From NCBI GenBank assembly GCA_001780035.1, contig MFEY01000007.1, positions 123,155 to 187,154 of the forward strand: a stretch of 64,000 nucleotides of DNA. The letters run 5' to 3'. The notes below the pieces were generated by a model. It was not told the origin of the DNA, ran no database searches, and saw only the letters and a program-made list of their open reading frames with translations. Source of the stretch: Candidatus Doudnabacteria bacterium RIFCSPHIGHO2_12_FULL_48_16. GTDB lineage: Bacteria; Patescibacteriota; Doudnabacteria; UBA920; O2-02-FULL-48-8. Within the stretch, counting starts at the first letter, position 1. Every line of letters begins with the position of its first letter. The position numbers were made by a program, and so were the translations under genes. Below are positions 31,919 through 40,313 of the stretch, piece by piece.

Positions 31919-34129
31919 TTATTGTGAAGTTTCGGCCGGACTAGTCGGTTGTTCAACAACTACTTCTACAGGCACTGGTGTTGGCTCAGCTGCAACCGGG
32001 TCTGTATCCTCTGGCGACGCTGTCGGTGTTGGTGTGCCCTCCATAGCATCTGGCGGCGTGTCCGCCGCCGAAGCTGCCTCCTCCGCACCCGGAACTTCAG
32101 CAGAAGCGGAGGCATCTGACGAAACCTCGGGAGTCGATGCTTCTTCATCGGCTAGAGGTGCTGTAATTATAGCAGGAGTAATATTGGCATTTTCTAAAAG
32201 CGAATTCAACTGGTCGCCATTAATACAAACTTCACTGCCGTCAGATTTCTTAACGCAGATTTGCTCAGTGTGAATTTTTTCGGCAAACAGTTCATAAAAG
32301 TATCCGCGGATGGCGGTCACGCGCGCGGCCACAAAATCAGTGAAAAATTGCATGCCATCCATAATTTTTTTAGCAATAAAAGCGATTGGATCATGAGCGG
32401 GTTCAGACTGAACACTGCTGACGAGCGTAGAAAGACCATTATCCGATTCATCAGCATTGGCTTTTGGTGTTAGGTCCCCCAAAAGTATTGCTTCTTCGCC
32501 CAAGTCAAAGTTCTTCACGAAGGCCACAACAATGCCTATACCATCGCCATCATATGCAGACATTGCTTGACCAATTACTGAACCCGTATTTTTTGCCTTC
32601 ATAGCAACACCGGGTATCGAAGAAGACGTAAGATAATCGCCCGGCGCAATAGCGCCATTTTCGGTAATTATTTTCACTGGCAGGCGTCCGGCAAGAGCAA
32701 CAATCACTGGTACTCCTTCATGAGCCCCGACAGTATCGCCGATGACAATGCCCGGCTTCGTTGAGACAATACCAATAACTTCATCATGCAACATAGCTCG
32801 GCGCACGCCGCTTGGCAAACTTGAATCCAGAGCAACGACTGTTCCCGGCACAAGCGATAAGTCTTTCGCGTAGTAAACCTCGCCAACATCAGCACCACCG
32901 CTGATGCGAAATGCCGAGAGACTGCTTCCACGATGAACGGTTGTCGCATTGCTGTTTGAGGTGTTTTGAGCCCACTGCAATCGTACCGTCCCCGCAGTAG
33001 ACCCATTTGCTATCGTCCCAGACAAATAGAGTGGGTCGTTTGCAGTGGCGGATCCAGCGGTTACAGTGATTGCTCCGCCACATGCGGTACTGCCGGCGCC
33101 GCTTGCAACGTCAACGCCCCCGCCGGCGTAATCACAGGTTGCGCCGGTTGGAGCAGTAACGGCAAGTTGGATGTCCGGCGTGGCAAGCGTGGTATAGAGT
33201 AAATTGAATTGAAAAACCCATATCTCATTCGCGCCAATGGCAAATAATAATTCATCATCGTCCTGCAAAACGGCATTGCTCGTAAGGCTTTCGTCCGCAG
33301 ACTTTCTAACATCTACCGCGTACTGGCCAAGTTCACATACTATATTACCGGCACTATCGGTTCCGAGATTACGACAACTGGTCAAGTTCCCAAGTGTAAG
33401 ACCGGCGAATGTTGGCGATGCACTCGTGGTCAACGTTTGTCCAGTATCAAAAGCAAGCTGGCTGTTGCCGATGGAATCAGCAGTAATAGAAAGAGAAGCG
33501 GCAGAATTTTCACTGCCTGATCCGGAAACAGTAATTTGTGATGAGCCACCAATGGTCGCGATATAATTGCCAGTCGTATGCGTACCGAGCGTAATGAGAT
33601 CACTCAAAGATGTTGCCCCCGTTCCACCATTACCAATAGCCAGTGCCGTACCTGACCAATTGCTGTTGTTAATGCTAGAGAGTACTGCTAATGAACCAAG
33701 TCCTAAATTAGTTCTGGCGGTCGAAGCACTAGCTAAATCAGAAAGATTGTTGGATGGATTGAGTGGAGTGTAGCCAAGCGCCGATTGTTTGTTGTTAAAA
33801 GTATCCCAGTCGGTAGAGGTCAAAAGACCCCGCGAAGTTGCGGCAGCGCTTGGAATATTAAATGTGTGAGTACTGCCGGTGGAATCAATGTTAAAATCAG
33901 TGCCTGATATTCCGGTGGCAAATGTTTGAGTGGTCAGAGTCAGGCCATTCAAACTAAATACACTAACTCCGCAATTAGTATCAGTCGGAAGACACGCCGG
34001 ATTCAAAGTTTCGCCCGGCTGGTAGAGGATTGCCAATGCTGGCCGTGATATGGACAAGATAAAAAGCACGACCAAAAGAAAAACCGGCAAAAATGTTTGA
34101 TATTTTAGTTTCAGAATATTCAATCTCAT
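31919..34129 (-). CDS. secreted tail-fibre-like adhesin with a chaperone/autoproteolysis-like C-domain
   Basis: signal peptide; NNLSDL..ARTNLGLG, GGTGA motifs; AD.GE.Y..GRLPVK..GDYLTSS; acidic Pro/Ala tail. Confidence 0.7.
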   Translation of the reverse strand: MRLNILKLKYQTFLPVFLLVVLFILSISRPALAILYQPGETLNPACLPTDTNCGVSVFSLNGLTLTTQTFATGISGTDFNIDSTGSTHTFNIPSAAATSRGLLTSTDWDTFNNKQSALGYTPLNPSNNLSDLASASTARTNLGLGSLAVLSSINNSNWSGTALAIGNGGTGATSLSDLITLGTHTTGNYIATIGGSSQITVSGSGSENSAASLSITADSIGNSQLAFDTGQTLTTSASPTFAGLTLGNLTSCRNLGTDSAGNIVCELGQYAVDVRKSADESLTSNAVLQDDDELLFAIGANEIWVFQFNLLYTTLATPDIQLAVTAPTGATCDYAGGGVDVASGAGSTACGGAITVTAGSATANDPLYLSGTIANGSTAGTVRLQWAQNTSNSNATTVHRGSSLSAFRISGGADVGEVYYAKDLSLVPGTVVALDSSLPSGVRRAMLHDEVIGIVSTKPGIVIGDTVGAHEGVPVIVALAGRLPVKIITENGAIAPGDYLTSSSIPGVAMKAKNTGSVIGQAMSAYDGDGIGIVVAFVKNFDLGEEAILLGDLTPKANADESDNGLSTLVSSVQSEPAHDPIAFIAKKIMDGMQFFTDFVAARVTAIRGYFYELFAEKIHTEQICVKKSDGSEVCINGDQLNSLLENANITPAIITAPLADEEASTPEVSSDASASAEVPGAEEAASAADTPPDAMEGTPTPTASPEDTDPVAAEPTPVPVEVVVEQPTSPAETSQ

Positions 34130-34137
34130 ACGTATCG

Positions 34138-34185
34138 AAAAAAGAAAGACCCAAACGAAAAATCGTTTGGGTCTCAAGGACCTCT
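34138..34185 (-). terminator. leader terminator/attenuator with overlapping tandem motif
   Basis: perfect 12-bp stem plus U-tract just before ATG 34129; GAGGTCC-TT-GAGACCC overlaps the 5' arm. Confidence 0.75.
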
Positions 34186-34252
34186 AAGGTTTTAACTTTT
34201 AAATTGTTATTTAATCTTTGTTTCTTGGAACTATTGTTGTTATATTAAATAT

Positions 34253-34281
34253 AGTATAGCATAATATTAAGTTTATGTCAA
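34253..34281 (-). promoter_or_regulatory. sigma70 promoter of the surface-protein operon
   Basis: TTGACA-17-TATACT with TG extension. Confidence 0.8.
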
Positions 34282-35078
34282 TGAAATTGATACCAAAAAA
34301 TAAAAACAGTATCGCTTCCTTTGTCCTTATCGAACACCGCTGTAGTTGCGGCAAACTCCTTTTTAAGGGCATGCTTTTGTCGAGCGCCCTTGAGATTAAG
34401 TGCAAAGGCTGCGGAAAAATAAAAATCGTGGGCAATCAAAGTATCGACACAGAAAATGAAAATCAATACTCAATGCTCTTTGACGAGGCAAATAATATAA
34501 TCGATGTCAGTCCGTCAGCTATAAAAATTTTAGGCTTCAGCAAACAAGAACTGCTCGCAATGAAAGCACGACGTATAAAATTTTTGTTTAAAATGCATGA
34601 TAGTGACCGACTTTGGAAGACAGCCAGAAACTTGGGCTTTGAAACTTTTACTTTCGAAACAGTTCATCTGAAAAAAAACGGCGAGGTTTCGCCAGTACAA
34701 GCCCAGGTCAAATTTATAACAAGTAGCAATCAAGCTTTGGCGCTCGTGGTATTCAACGGTTTACAATCACCAAGTCCGCAAGTAACAGATTCGACCTGCG
34801 AATTCGTAGCTGATGTAAATCTTGAAGGAATTTATACCTATGTGAATCGGGCGTTGGCAACACTACTTGAATACTCTGCGGAAGAAATGCTGGGCAAATC
34901 TATGTTTGAATTTTATCCAATAGATGAGCGCAAAAAAATAGAAAAGATATTTTTCAGCCACCTCAAATCAAAGCAGTCATTTAAACTAAAGGATTCCCAA
35001 TTTGAAAGCTACTTCGTGACAAATGTTAATGATTGGGGCGGAGTTAGGGGTTATCATATACTGCGGTGGGCTAAGTGA
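34275..35078 (+). CDS. Com-like zinc ribbon fused to two PAS domains
   Basis: EHRCSCGKLL..EIKCKGCG; PAS motifs LGFSKQEL, LEYSAEEMLGK. Confidence 0.75.
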   Translation: MSMKLIPKNKNSIASFVLIEHRCSCGKLLFKGMLLSSALEIKCKGCGKIKIVGNQSIDTENENQYSMLFDEANNIIDVSPSAIKILGFSKQELLAMKARRIKFLFKMHDSDRLWKTARNLGFETFTFETVHLKKNGEVSPVQAQVKFITSSNQALALVVFNGLQSPSPQVTDSTCEFVADVNLEGIYTYVNRALATLLEYSAEEMLGKSMFEFYPIDERKKIEKIFFSHLKSKQSFKLKDSQFESYFVTNVNDWGGVRGYHILRWAK

Positions 35079-35313
35079 ATTTTTCTAGGAGACGATTTTT
35101 GTTCTTACAAAATACTTAGAAACCCTATATTTATAAGACAATCTCCACAAACAAAAAATCGTCCAGCAGGCGATTTTTTAAGTTTCTATAAATTATCAAA
35201 AACCTTGGAAATCGCTATATCGGTTCTATGTCCTGTAAGGGGGTATGCTTTTTAAAAATTAGAACCGCTATCGAATTTGCTGGGAAATACTGACGCACCT
35301 CGGTCTCACTAAC

Positions 35314-35358
35314 TGGGGTGGGCTACGGGGAACGATCCCGATACCTTCTGCGCCACAA
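35314..35358 (-). pseudogene. degenerate 3' half of a tRNA-His
   Basis: ttGTGgc loop, T-arm TCGGG/CCCGT and CACCCCA end at tRNA spacing. Confidence 0.7.
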
Positions 35359-35417
35359 TTTTCTTTTGTTCGGGAAATGGTACGAATTACATATTTAATT
35401 ACGTAATTAACATAGTC

Positions 35418-35708
35418 TTAGATTTTTTTAAATTCTTCTTGATTAATCTCCTCCAGTAATTCTAAAGTTGCCTTTACAGAAGGATTAGCGGTGTTTATGA
35501 GAATTAACCTTCGGTCAAAACTCTTCAACAATGGACTCAAAAACTCATCTCCCCAGGAAGGTGAGAATGTAATAACTCCCTCGAAATCTAATTCTAGGTT
35601 CTCATTTACATCTAAGGTTGTTATCTGGGATTGTAGCGCAGCAAAAGCTTCGCGGCCATTTTGCCGGGAGGTCAGTGTTGTCCCAAATTTTTTCAAATCT
35701 ATTTTCAT
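35418..35708 (-). CDS. STAS-like (DUF4325-type) protein
   Basis: L.SRQ.G, LDFEGV...SPSW.DE. Confidence 0.85.
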   Translation of the reverse strand: MKIDLKKFGTTLTSRQNGREAFAALQSQITTLDVNENLELDFEGVITFSPSWGDEFLSPLLKSFDRRLILINTANPSVKATLELLEEINQEEFKKI

Positions 35709-35715
35709 AATATTT

Positions 35716-36438
35716 CTAAAATGTGATTAATGCTAAACACCCGCGAAATGATTCTATGCTCGGTTTTAAATCCAAGACATCGCTATCTTTAGTTAATACA
35801 AGCTCTGCGTTACCTGTCTGAAACAAAAGTCCAATAGGATTTTCTGCGACTATTTTCCGCACGAATTTCAGACCATTACCCCGACTCTCAGGCGCCCGGC
35901 CCGACAATATTTCAGTAAAGGCCACTCTCAATGCTTCTTCGTCTGTATTCAACTCTGGTTTTACTCTTTTCAAAGTAGTAAAAACACCCAAACCCCTATC
36001 CGCCAAAACAATATTTCTCTTGTGGATGTCATAGGCAAAAAATATTCCCGGAGTATCTGGCCAATTTCCTAAGTTATGATCAAAGGAATTGTTTCCGATT
36101 TCTCCGGCCACTGCCACAAGCAACGGGAATATAGGCGATAATTCTTTTACTCCGCCAAGGAAATCTTGCATCTGTATCAGCTTGGTCTGAAACACCGCGC
36201 TATTGGAACAATAAAATTTTGAAGGTATCTCGAAACTTTTTAATACCCAATCTTTGGCCAAACCAAAAAGATCATTCAAAAAAAGTTCTATCTGTGATCT
36301 GTTATACAAACGATAACCGGCATCTGACGTCTTCACAGGACTCAATTTACCTTTTTTATCCCAACGTCGGAGAGTATCGATCGAAACCCCCAATATTTCT
36401 GCGGCTTCGCTTATTGTAATAAGGTCTTGTTCTGCCAT
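35716..36438 (-). CDS. MerR-type HTH fused to a GHKL ATPase-like domain
   Basis: LGVSIDTLRRW, GYRLY; EIGNN..DH, DRGLG, GNGL. Confidence 0.85.
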   Translation of the reverse strand: MAEQDLITISEAAEILGVSIDTLRRWDKKGKLSPVKTSDAGYRLYNRSQIELFLNDLFGLAKDWVLKSFEIPSKFYCSNSAVFQTKLIQMQDFLGGVKELSPIFPLLVAVAGEIGNNSFDHNLGNWPDTPGIFFAYDIHKRNIVLADRGLGVFTTLKRVKPELNTDEEALRVAFTEILSGRAPESRGNGLKFVRKIVAENPIGLLFQTGNAELVLTKDSDVLDLKPSIESFRGCLALITF

Positions 36439-36447
36439 AATTATTCA

Positions 36448-36497
36448 ACTATAACATACTCTTAAACCCTATGCAAACTTTTTAAAACCCTATGCAA
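36448..36497 (-). promoter_or_regulatory. promoter with direct-repeat operator
   Basis: TTGCAT-17-TATAGT; AAACCCTATGCAA twice at 21-bp period. Confidence 0.65.
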
Positions 36498-36652
36498 CCC
36501 CCTATAAATAAGAGAGTTAGGGACCCACTTGGGTAGCCCTAACTGGGGTCGCATCGCATAGTGAAGGATGCGAGAACTAAATTTCACTAAGTTTAACTGA
36601 AGCACCATCATCAAAATCATAATAATTAACCGTTAGTTCTTCACCGGTCGCA

Positions 36653-36714
36653 TCCGCCTTCGCGTGAAGCTTCGGCGGAACGGGTCCGTCCAGCCTGCCT
36701 GCCGGCAGGCAGGC
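36653..36714. repeat. two GC-rich palindromic elements
   Basis: TCCGCC..GGCGGA and perfect 22-bp GCCTGCCTGCCGGCAGGCAGGC. Confidence 0.8.
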
Positions 36715-36785
36715 ATTCGCTAGCGTTCTTTGTATGGGGTTACATCATGCAGGATGTTCGAAGCCTGACTATGCAACTAAAGGTA

Positions 36786-36814
36786 TTGACAAGGGCATCA
36801 AAAAAGCCTATAAT
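36786..36814 (+). promoter_or_regulatory. consensus sigma70 promoter
   Basis: TTGACA-17-TATAAT. Confidence 0.85.
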
Positions 36815-36854
36815 TATATGTTTTATAGATCAACCGAAACTTGGAGGAGTAAAA

Positions 36855-37145
36855 ATGAAAACGAGAACGGAAGTGGTCGACACGAATCGGAGTTACGCCG
36901 AGCTCTACTCGGCGTACTTCGAAAACAGGGCAGCCGTCACCGTCGCTGAGCTCTACGATACGCGGGGGCACTTTGAAGGCCCCACCGCTTATCTGGAGAG
37001 GCATGAGGACAGGTATTTCGTGCTCTCTCACCAGTGGATGCCCACCAACGAGCCCGGTGGCCAACAGTGGGTATTCCGCTGGAACAAAGTGGACGGTCGC
37101 GAGAAACCCTTGCAGCTCATCCGACTCGTCGTTCCCACAGCGTGA
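36855..37145 (+). CDS. hypothetical protein (cassette cargo)
   Basis: GGAGG SD, own promoter and terminator (37160-37212). Confidence 0.75.
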   Translation: MKTRTEVVDTNRSYAELYSAYFENRAAVTVAELYDTRGHFEGPTAYLERHEDRYFVLSHQWMPTNEPGGQQWVFRWNKVDGREKPLQLIRLVVPTA

Positions 37146-37312
37146 CACATACGATTCTTGGGGTTTAGCAAACTTAGCAATTTAAGTTTGGTAGACCTCA
37201 AGATTTTTCTTTTTGTCTAAATTTTATCCTACATAAACACTAGCTTATATTAATGTCCATTCATGGGGTCGCATTGTGGAGGATGTTAGAACTGCTACCT
37301 TACACATTACGT

Positions 37313-37855
37313 TTAATGTTTAGTGTCTATTCTTTTTAAAAACTTTCTCAGTTGTGGTGGAACACTTTTGGAAGTATCTATTGTAAAATGAGGAAAATTA
37401 ACAGGCTCATATATTTTTTTTATTTTCAAATGAGCTATCCAACCAACTCCCTTACCTTGTAAAAATCTTTTAGAAACTCGTGCTCGTAATATTTTGTCAG
37501 GACAATAAATATATAGTACATGATAAGGAACTCCGTGCTTTTTAGCTATTTGTATAATCAAATCCCGCTGTTTCTGCTTAGAAAAAGCACCATCAATAAT
37601 AATGCTACCACCTGCTACTAAAGTATAATCAGTTAATAATGCAAAGGCATTGTAGCAGATTGCCAATTCATCCATCGTGGGTGGTTTATCCTTATTGACG
37701 AAAGATGGATTGGGAAGGAGTTTTTTTAAGGTAGAATCTACAGAAACGACAGGGGCACCTACTATCTTACTAAGTAGTTTGGCCGTGGTTGTTTTACCAG
37801 CTCCGACTTGGCCACAGATAATAAATAGCTCCGGTTTTAAAATAGTCTTTCTCAT
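37313..37855 (-). CDS. P-loop small-molecule/nucleotide kinase (AAA_33-like)
   Basis: GQVGAGKTT, IIDGAF, lid R...R. Confidence 0.85.
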   Translation of the reverse strand: MRKTILKPELFIICGQVGAGKTTTAKLLSKIVGAPVVSVDSTLKKLLPNPSFVNKDKPPTMDELAICYNAFALLTDYTLVAGGSIIIDGAFSKQKQRDLIIQIAKKHGVPYHVLYIYCPDKILRARVSKRFLQGKGVGWIAHLKIKKIYEPVNFPHFTIDTSKSVPPQLRKFLKRIDTKH

Positions 37856-37958
37856 TTTAAAATCCTTTTTGGGGTCACATCGTGCAAAATATTGCCATCA
37901 TACCTCAGAATACAAACAATTATAACACGAGAGGTGGTAATTGCGTTCAATCCGGCAA

Positions 37959-38405
37959 CTAATTCGATCGTGGAAATAATTCATCCGAAGGCATAAAGAG
38001 TCCTCCCTTAACCACATGATAGGGTCTGTTAGTCTTAATTCGACCTTTTGAAGTTTTCACAAGCACTATTTGTTGGGTCAGTGGATCGATGGCAAAATAA
38101 TCTGATTGGCCGCCTTCATTCTCTAACCCATAGACGACGCGATCTGGCATATCTTCGATGGGTTGATCAAAACGTATGTTGGTCGGATCATCGATTCGCA
38201 CAATACTCGGTCTTCTTTCAGGAGGCAAATCGTTGAATCGTCCGTCGTCGCCTCGGAGCCTCTCTTCTAAAACATATAGCAAGGGTTGATGCGGTTGCCA
38301 ATCATGTAATGGTTGAATGTTGCGCTCCTGTAGAAAAGCCCGAGTTTCCGCTTCAGTCATACTTCTTCCAATATTCATTTCTGGACTTGGATCACCAGTA
38401 TTCAT
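37959..38405 (-). CDS. hypothetical protein (cassette cargo)
   Basis: 148-aa ORF; ATG 6 nt after TATAAT. Confidence 0.7.
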   Translation of the reverse strand: MNTGDPSPEMNIGRSMTEAETRAFLQERNIQPLHDWQPHQPLLYVLEERLRGDDGRFNDLPPERRPSIVRIDDPTNIRFDQPIEDMPDRVVYGLENEGGQSDYFAIDPLTQQIVLVKTSKGRIKTNRPYHVVKGGLFMPSDELFPRSN

Positions 38406-38542
38406 AAAACCATTATACCTAAAACCCGCCTTATCGACGAATTCTATCTTCATATCCTTGGGGTGCACGATGGGAATTCCGACGCTCCGGTCGGAACCAT
38501 TGGTCAAAGCCACAAGTTTGTTTATTAATGAAACTCTAGTCT

Positions 38543-38617
38543 TGGGGTGCCTGATGGGAATCGAACCCACGTGACCACTGCCACAGAGTGGCGTTCTACC
38601 ATTGAACTACAGGCACC
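38543..38617 (-). tRNA. tRNA-His(GTG)
   Basis: cloverleaf, G-1/C73, encoded CCA. Confidence 0.97.
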
Positions 38618-38639
38618 ACAGGATCAAGGTTCCATTTTT

Positions 38640-39137
38640 TTAATGTTTGAATATCTGGCCAATTAGGGCGCCGACCGCGATGGCCACCGCGCCAATCAGG
38701 GTCATCCGCAAGGCGCTGCCCAAAAGCGGAATCCGCAGCACGCGGGCGCTGACGACTCCCAGCAGCGATAATCCGACCACAGAGGAAGCAATGGAAACCC
38801 AAAACGCCGGATTGATATCAAAGACTACATACGGCCACAGGGGTATCAGTCCCGTGAACAGATAGGAGAAGAACATAACCACGCCGCCGGCGAACGGATT
38901 CGAAATGCTGACCTTGGCGCGATTGACGTATTCTTCGGCCGAATATTCGGTCAGAAAACTGCCGACAGCCATGGAAAACGCTTCCACAAAAATCAAGACC
39001 ATCCCGGTCAGTAAAATATCAACCTTGGCCACGCCGCCGATGGCCACCCCCGAAAGCAGGCCGACGGTGGAAACCAGGCTGTCCTCGGCGCCAAAAATAA
39101 AATTGCGGACATACAAAACGAAATTTTTGCCGGGCAT
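38640..39137 (-). CDS. VIT1/CCC1 family transporter
   Basis: FGAEDSLVST, EAFSMAVG.F..E. Confidence 0.9.
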   Translation of the reverse strand: MPGKNFVLYVRNFIFGAEDSLVSTVGLLSGVAIGGVAKVDILLTGMVLIFVEAFSMAVGSFLTEYSAEEYVNRAKVSISNPFAGGVVMFFSYLFTGLIPLWPYVVFDINPAFWVSIASSVVGLSLLGVVSARVLRIPLLGSALRMTLIGAVAIAVGALIGQIFKH

Positions 39138-39149
39138 AGAAGATAATTT

Positions 39150-39455
39150 TTACTTCAAATTAAGCACGAGCAGAATTGCCATGGCCACCGCCAACCAGCC
39201 GAGTGTCAGCCCAAAAAAATTCAGCGCTTCTTTCTTTTGGCCGTCCAGATACATCATGACCGGCCAGCCCAGGACCAAGGATCCCGCCACGGCCGCGGAA
39301 AAAACAAACAGCAGGAGGATTGCGATTGGACCCAGAATTGTCTGTTCCTGCTTGAACCAGTGCTCGCCGTTATTCATAATCCACACAACCAATGAAACAT
39401 AAGCGACGACCAAAGCCGCATGACCCAAACTATGCACCGCTGGATTATTCTTCAT
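39150..39455 (-). CDS. hypothetical 3-TM protein
   Basis: hydrophobic ORF co-oriented with neighbours. Confidence 0.75.
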   Translation of the reverse strand: MKNNPAVHSLGHAALVVAYVSLVVWIMNNGEHWFKQEQTILGPIAILLLFVFSAAVAGSLVLGWPVMMYLDGQKKEALNFFGLTLGWLAVAMAILLVLNLK

Positions 39456-39477
39456 GATTTTCTTTTTAATTATTTCT

Positions 39478-39552
39478 TGGTGGTCCCGGTTGGAATCGAA
39501 CCAACATTAGTGGCTTAGAAGTCCACAGTTCTATCCATTGAACTACGGGACC
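39478..39552 (-). tRNA. tRNA-Arg(TCT)
   Basis: cloverleaf, loop CTTCTAA, CCA. Confidence 0.95.
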
Positions 39553-39679
39553 TTGGGCAAAAAAATAATCTCCACAGTATGGAGACCTCGAAGGCGTAAC
39601 TGCTGTGTCAGATACGCGGCTTGCTATTTATAATTATACTCCTTTTGGGCCAAAAAGTCAATAATGCTATACTTAATCA

Positions 39680-40228
39680 ATGAAACAGGTCCTTGTCAGA
39701 AAGTTCGGCCACCTGGCGGCGAGCGCCGCATTTTTTGCCTTCCCCTATTTTTTTTCGCCCAAAACCATGATCGGCTTGTGCGGCTTATTTGCGATTTTAC
39801 TGCTGCTCGGGCATCTGATCGGCCTCTCTCGCCACCACCGGGTCGACCGGATCACGCTCGGTGAATTTTATTTTCCCTTGGGCGTGGCGCTGTCCGCTTT
39901 TTTCTTCCTCCCGCAAAATCTTCTGGCGTTCCAATTCGGCATCCTCATCCTCGGCGTCAGCGACACGGCGGCCGAGCTCACCGGGCGGCTCTGGGGCCGC
40001 CATCAAATCAAATCCGTGCACAAAACCTGGGAGGGAGTGCTCGCTTTCTTTCTCGTCAGCCTTCTGATCTTCCTGCTGTTCGTCTGGCCGCAGCACCCGG
40101 GAACAATCCTGGCCGGACTGTCGATTACCTTGTTGCTGACTTTGCTGGAAGGATTGCTCAGTTTCGGTCTCGACAATTTATTTTTACCAATTATCGCCGC
40201 TGTCCTGCTCAATTGGTTAATTAAATAA
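39680..40228 (+). CDS. dolichol/phytol kinase-like membrane protein
   Basis: RK..H, SD..A...G..WG, KTWEG, GLDNL..P. Confidence 0.85.
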   Translation: MKQVLVRKFGHLAASAAFFAFPYFFSPKTMIGLCGLFAILLLLGHLIGLSRHHRVDRITLGEFYFPLGVALSAFFFLPQNLLAFQFGILILGVSDTAAELTGRLWGRHQIKSVHKTWEGVLAFFLVSLLIFLLFVWPQHPGTILAGLSITLLLTLLEGLLSFGLDNLFLPIIAAVLLNWLIK

Positions 40229-40313
40229 TGGGCCAAGGGTTTGTTTGCCCAGGCTCGGCAAATCTGCTATATTTGAGTGTCCGATTTCGGACACCAAAGG
40301 AGTGAAAAACGGG

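Noticed and set aside
34130-34177. Longer start for the adhesin ORF
   Set aside because: It runs through the leader hairpin; the signal peptide fits ATG 34129.
37159-37200. Additional TGGGGT as an att site
   Set aside because: It lacks the downstream consensus and forms the 5' arm of the terminator after 36855-37145.
36544-38480. CRISPR array or attC integron
   Set aside because: The repeats are degenerate and hundreds of bp apart, with no cas genes and no attC-type RYYYAAC..GTTRRRY hairpins seen.
38406-38570. N-terminal extension of ORF 37959-38570
   Set aside because: It overlaps tRNA-His and its duplicated end; ATG 38405 after TATAAT is more plausible.
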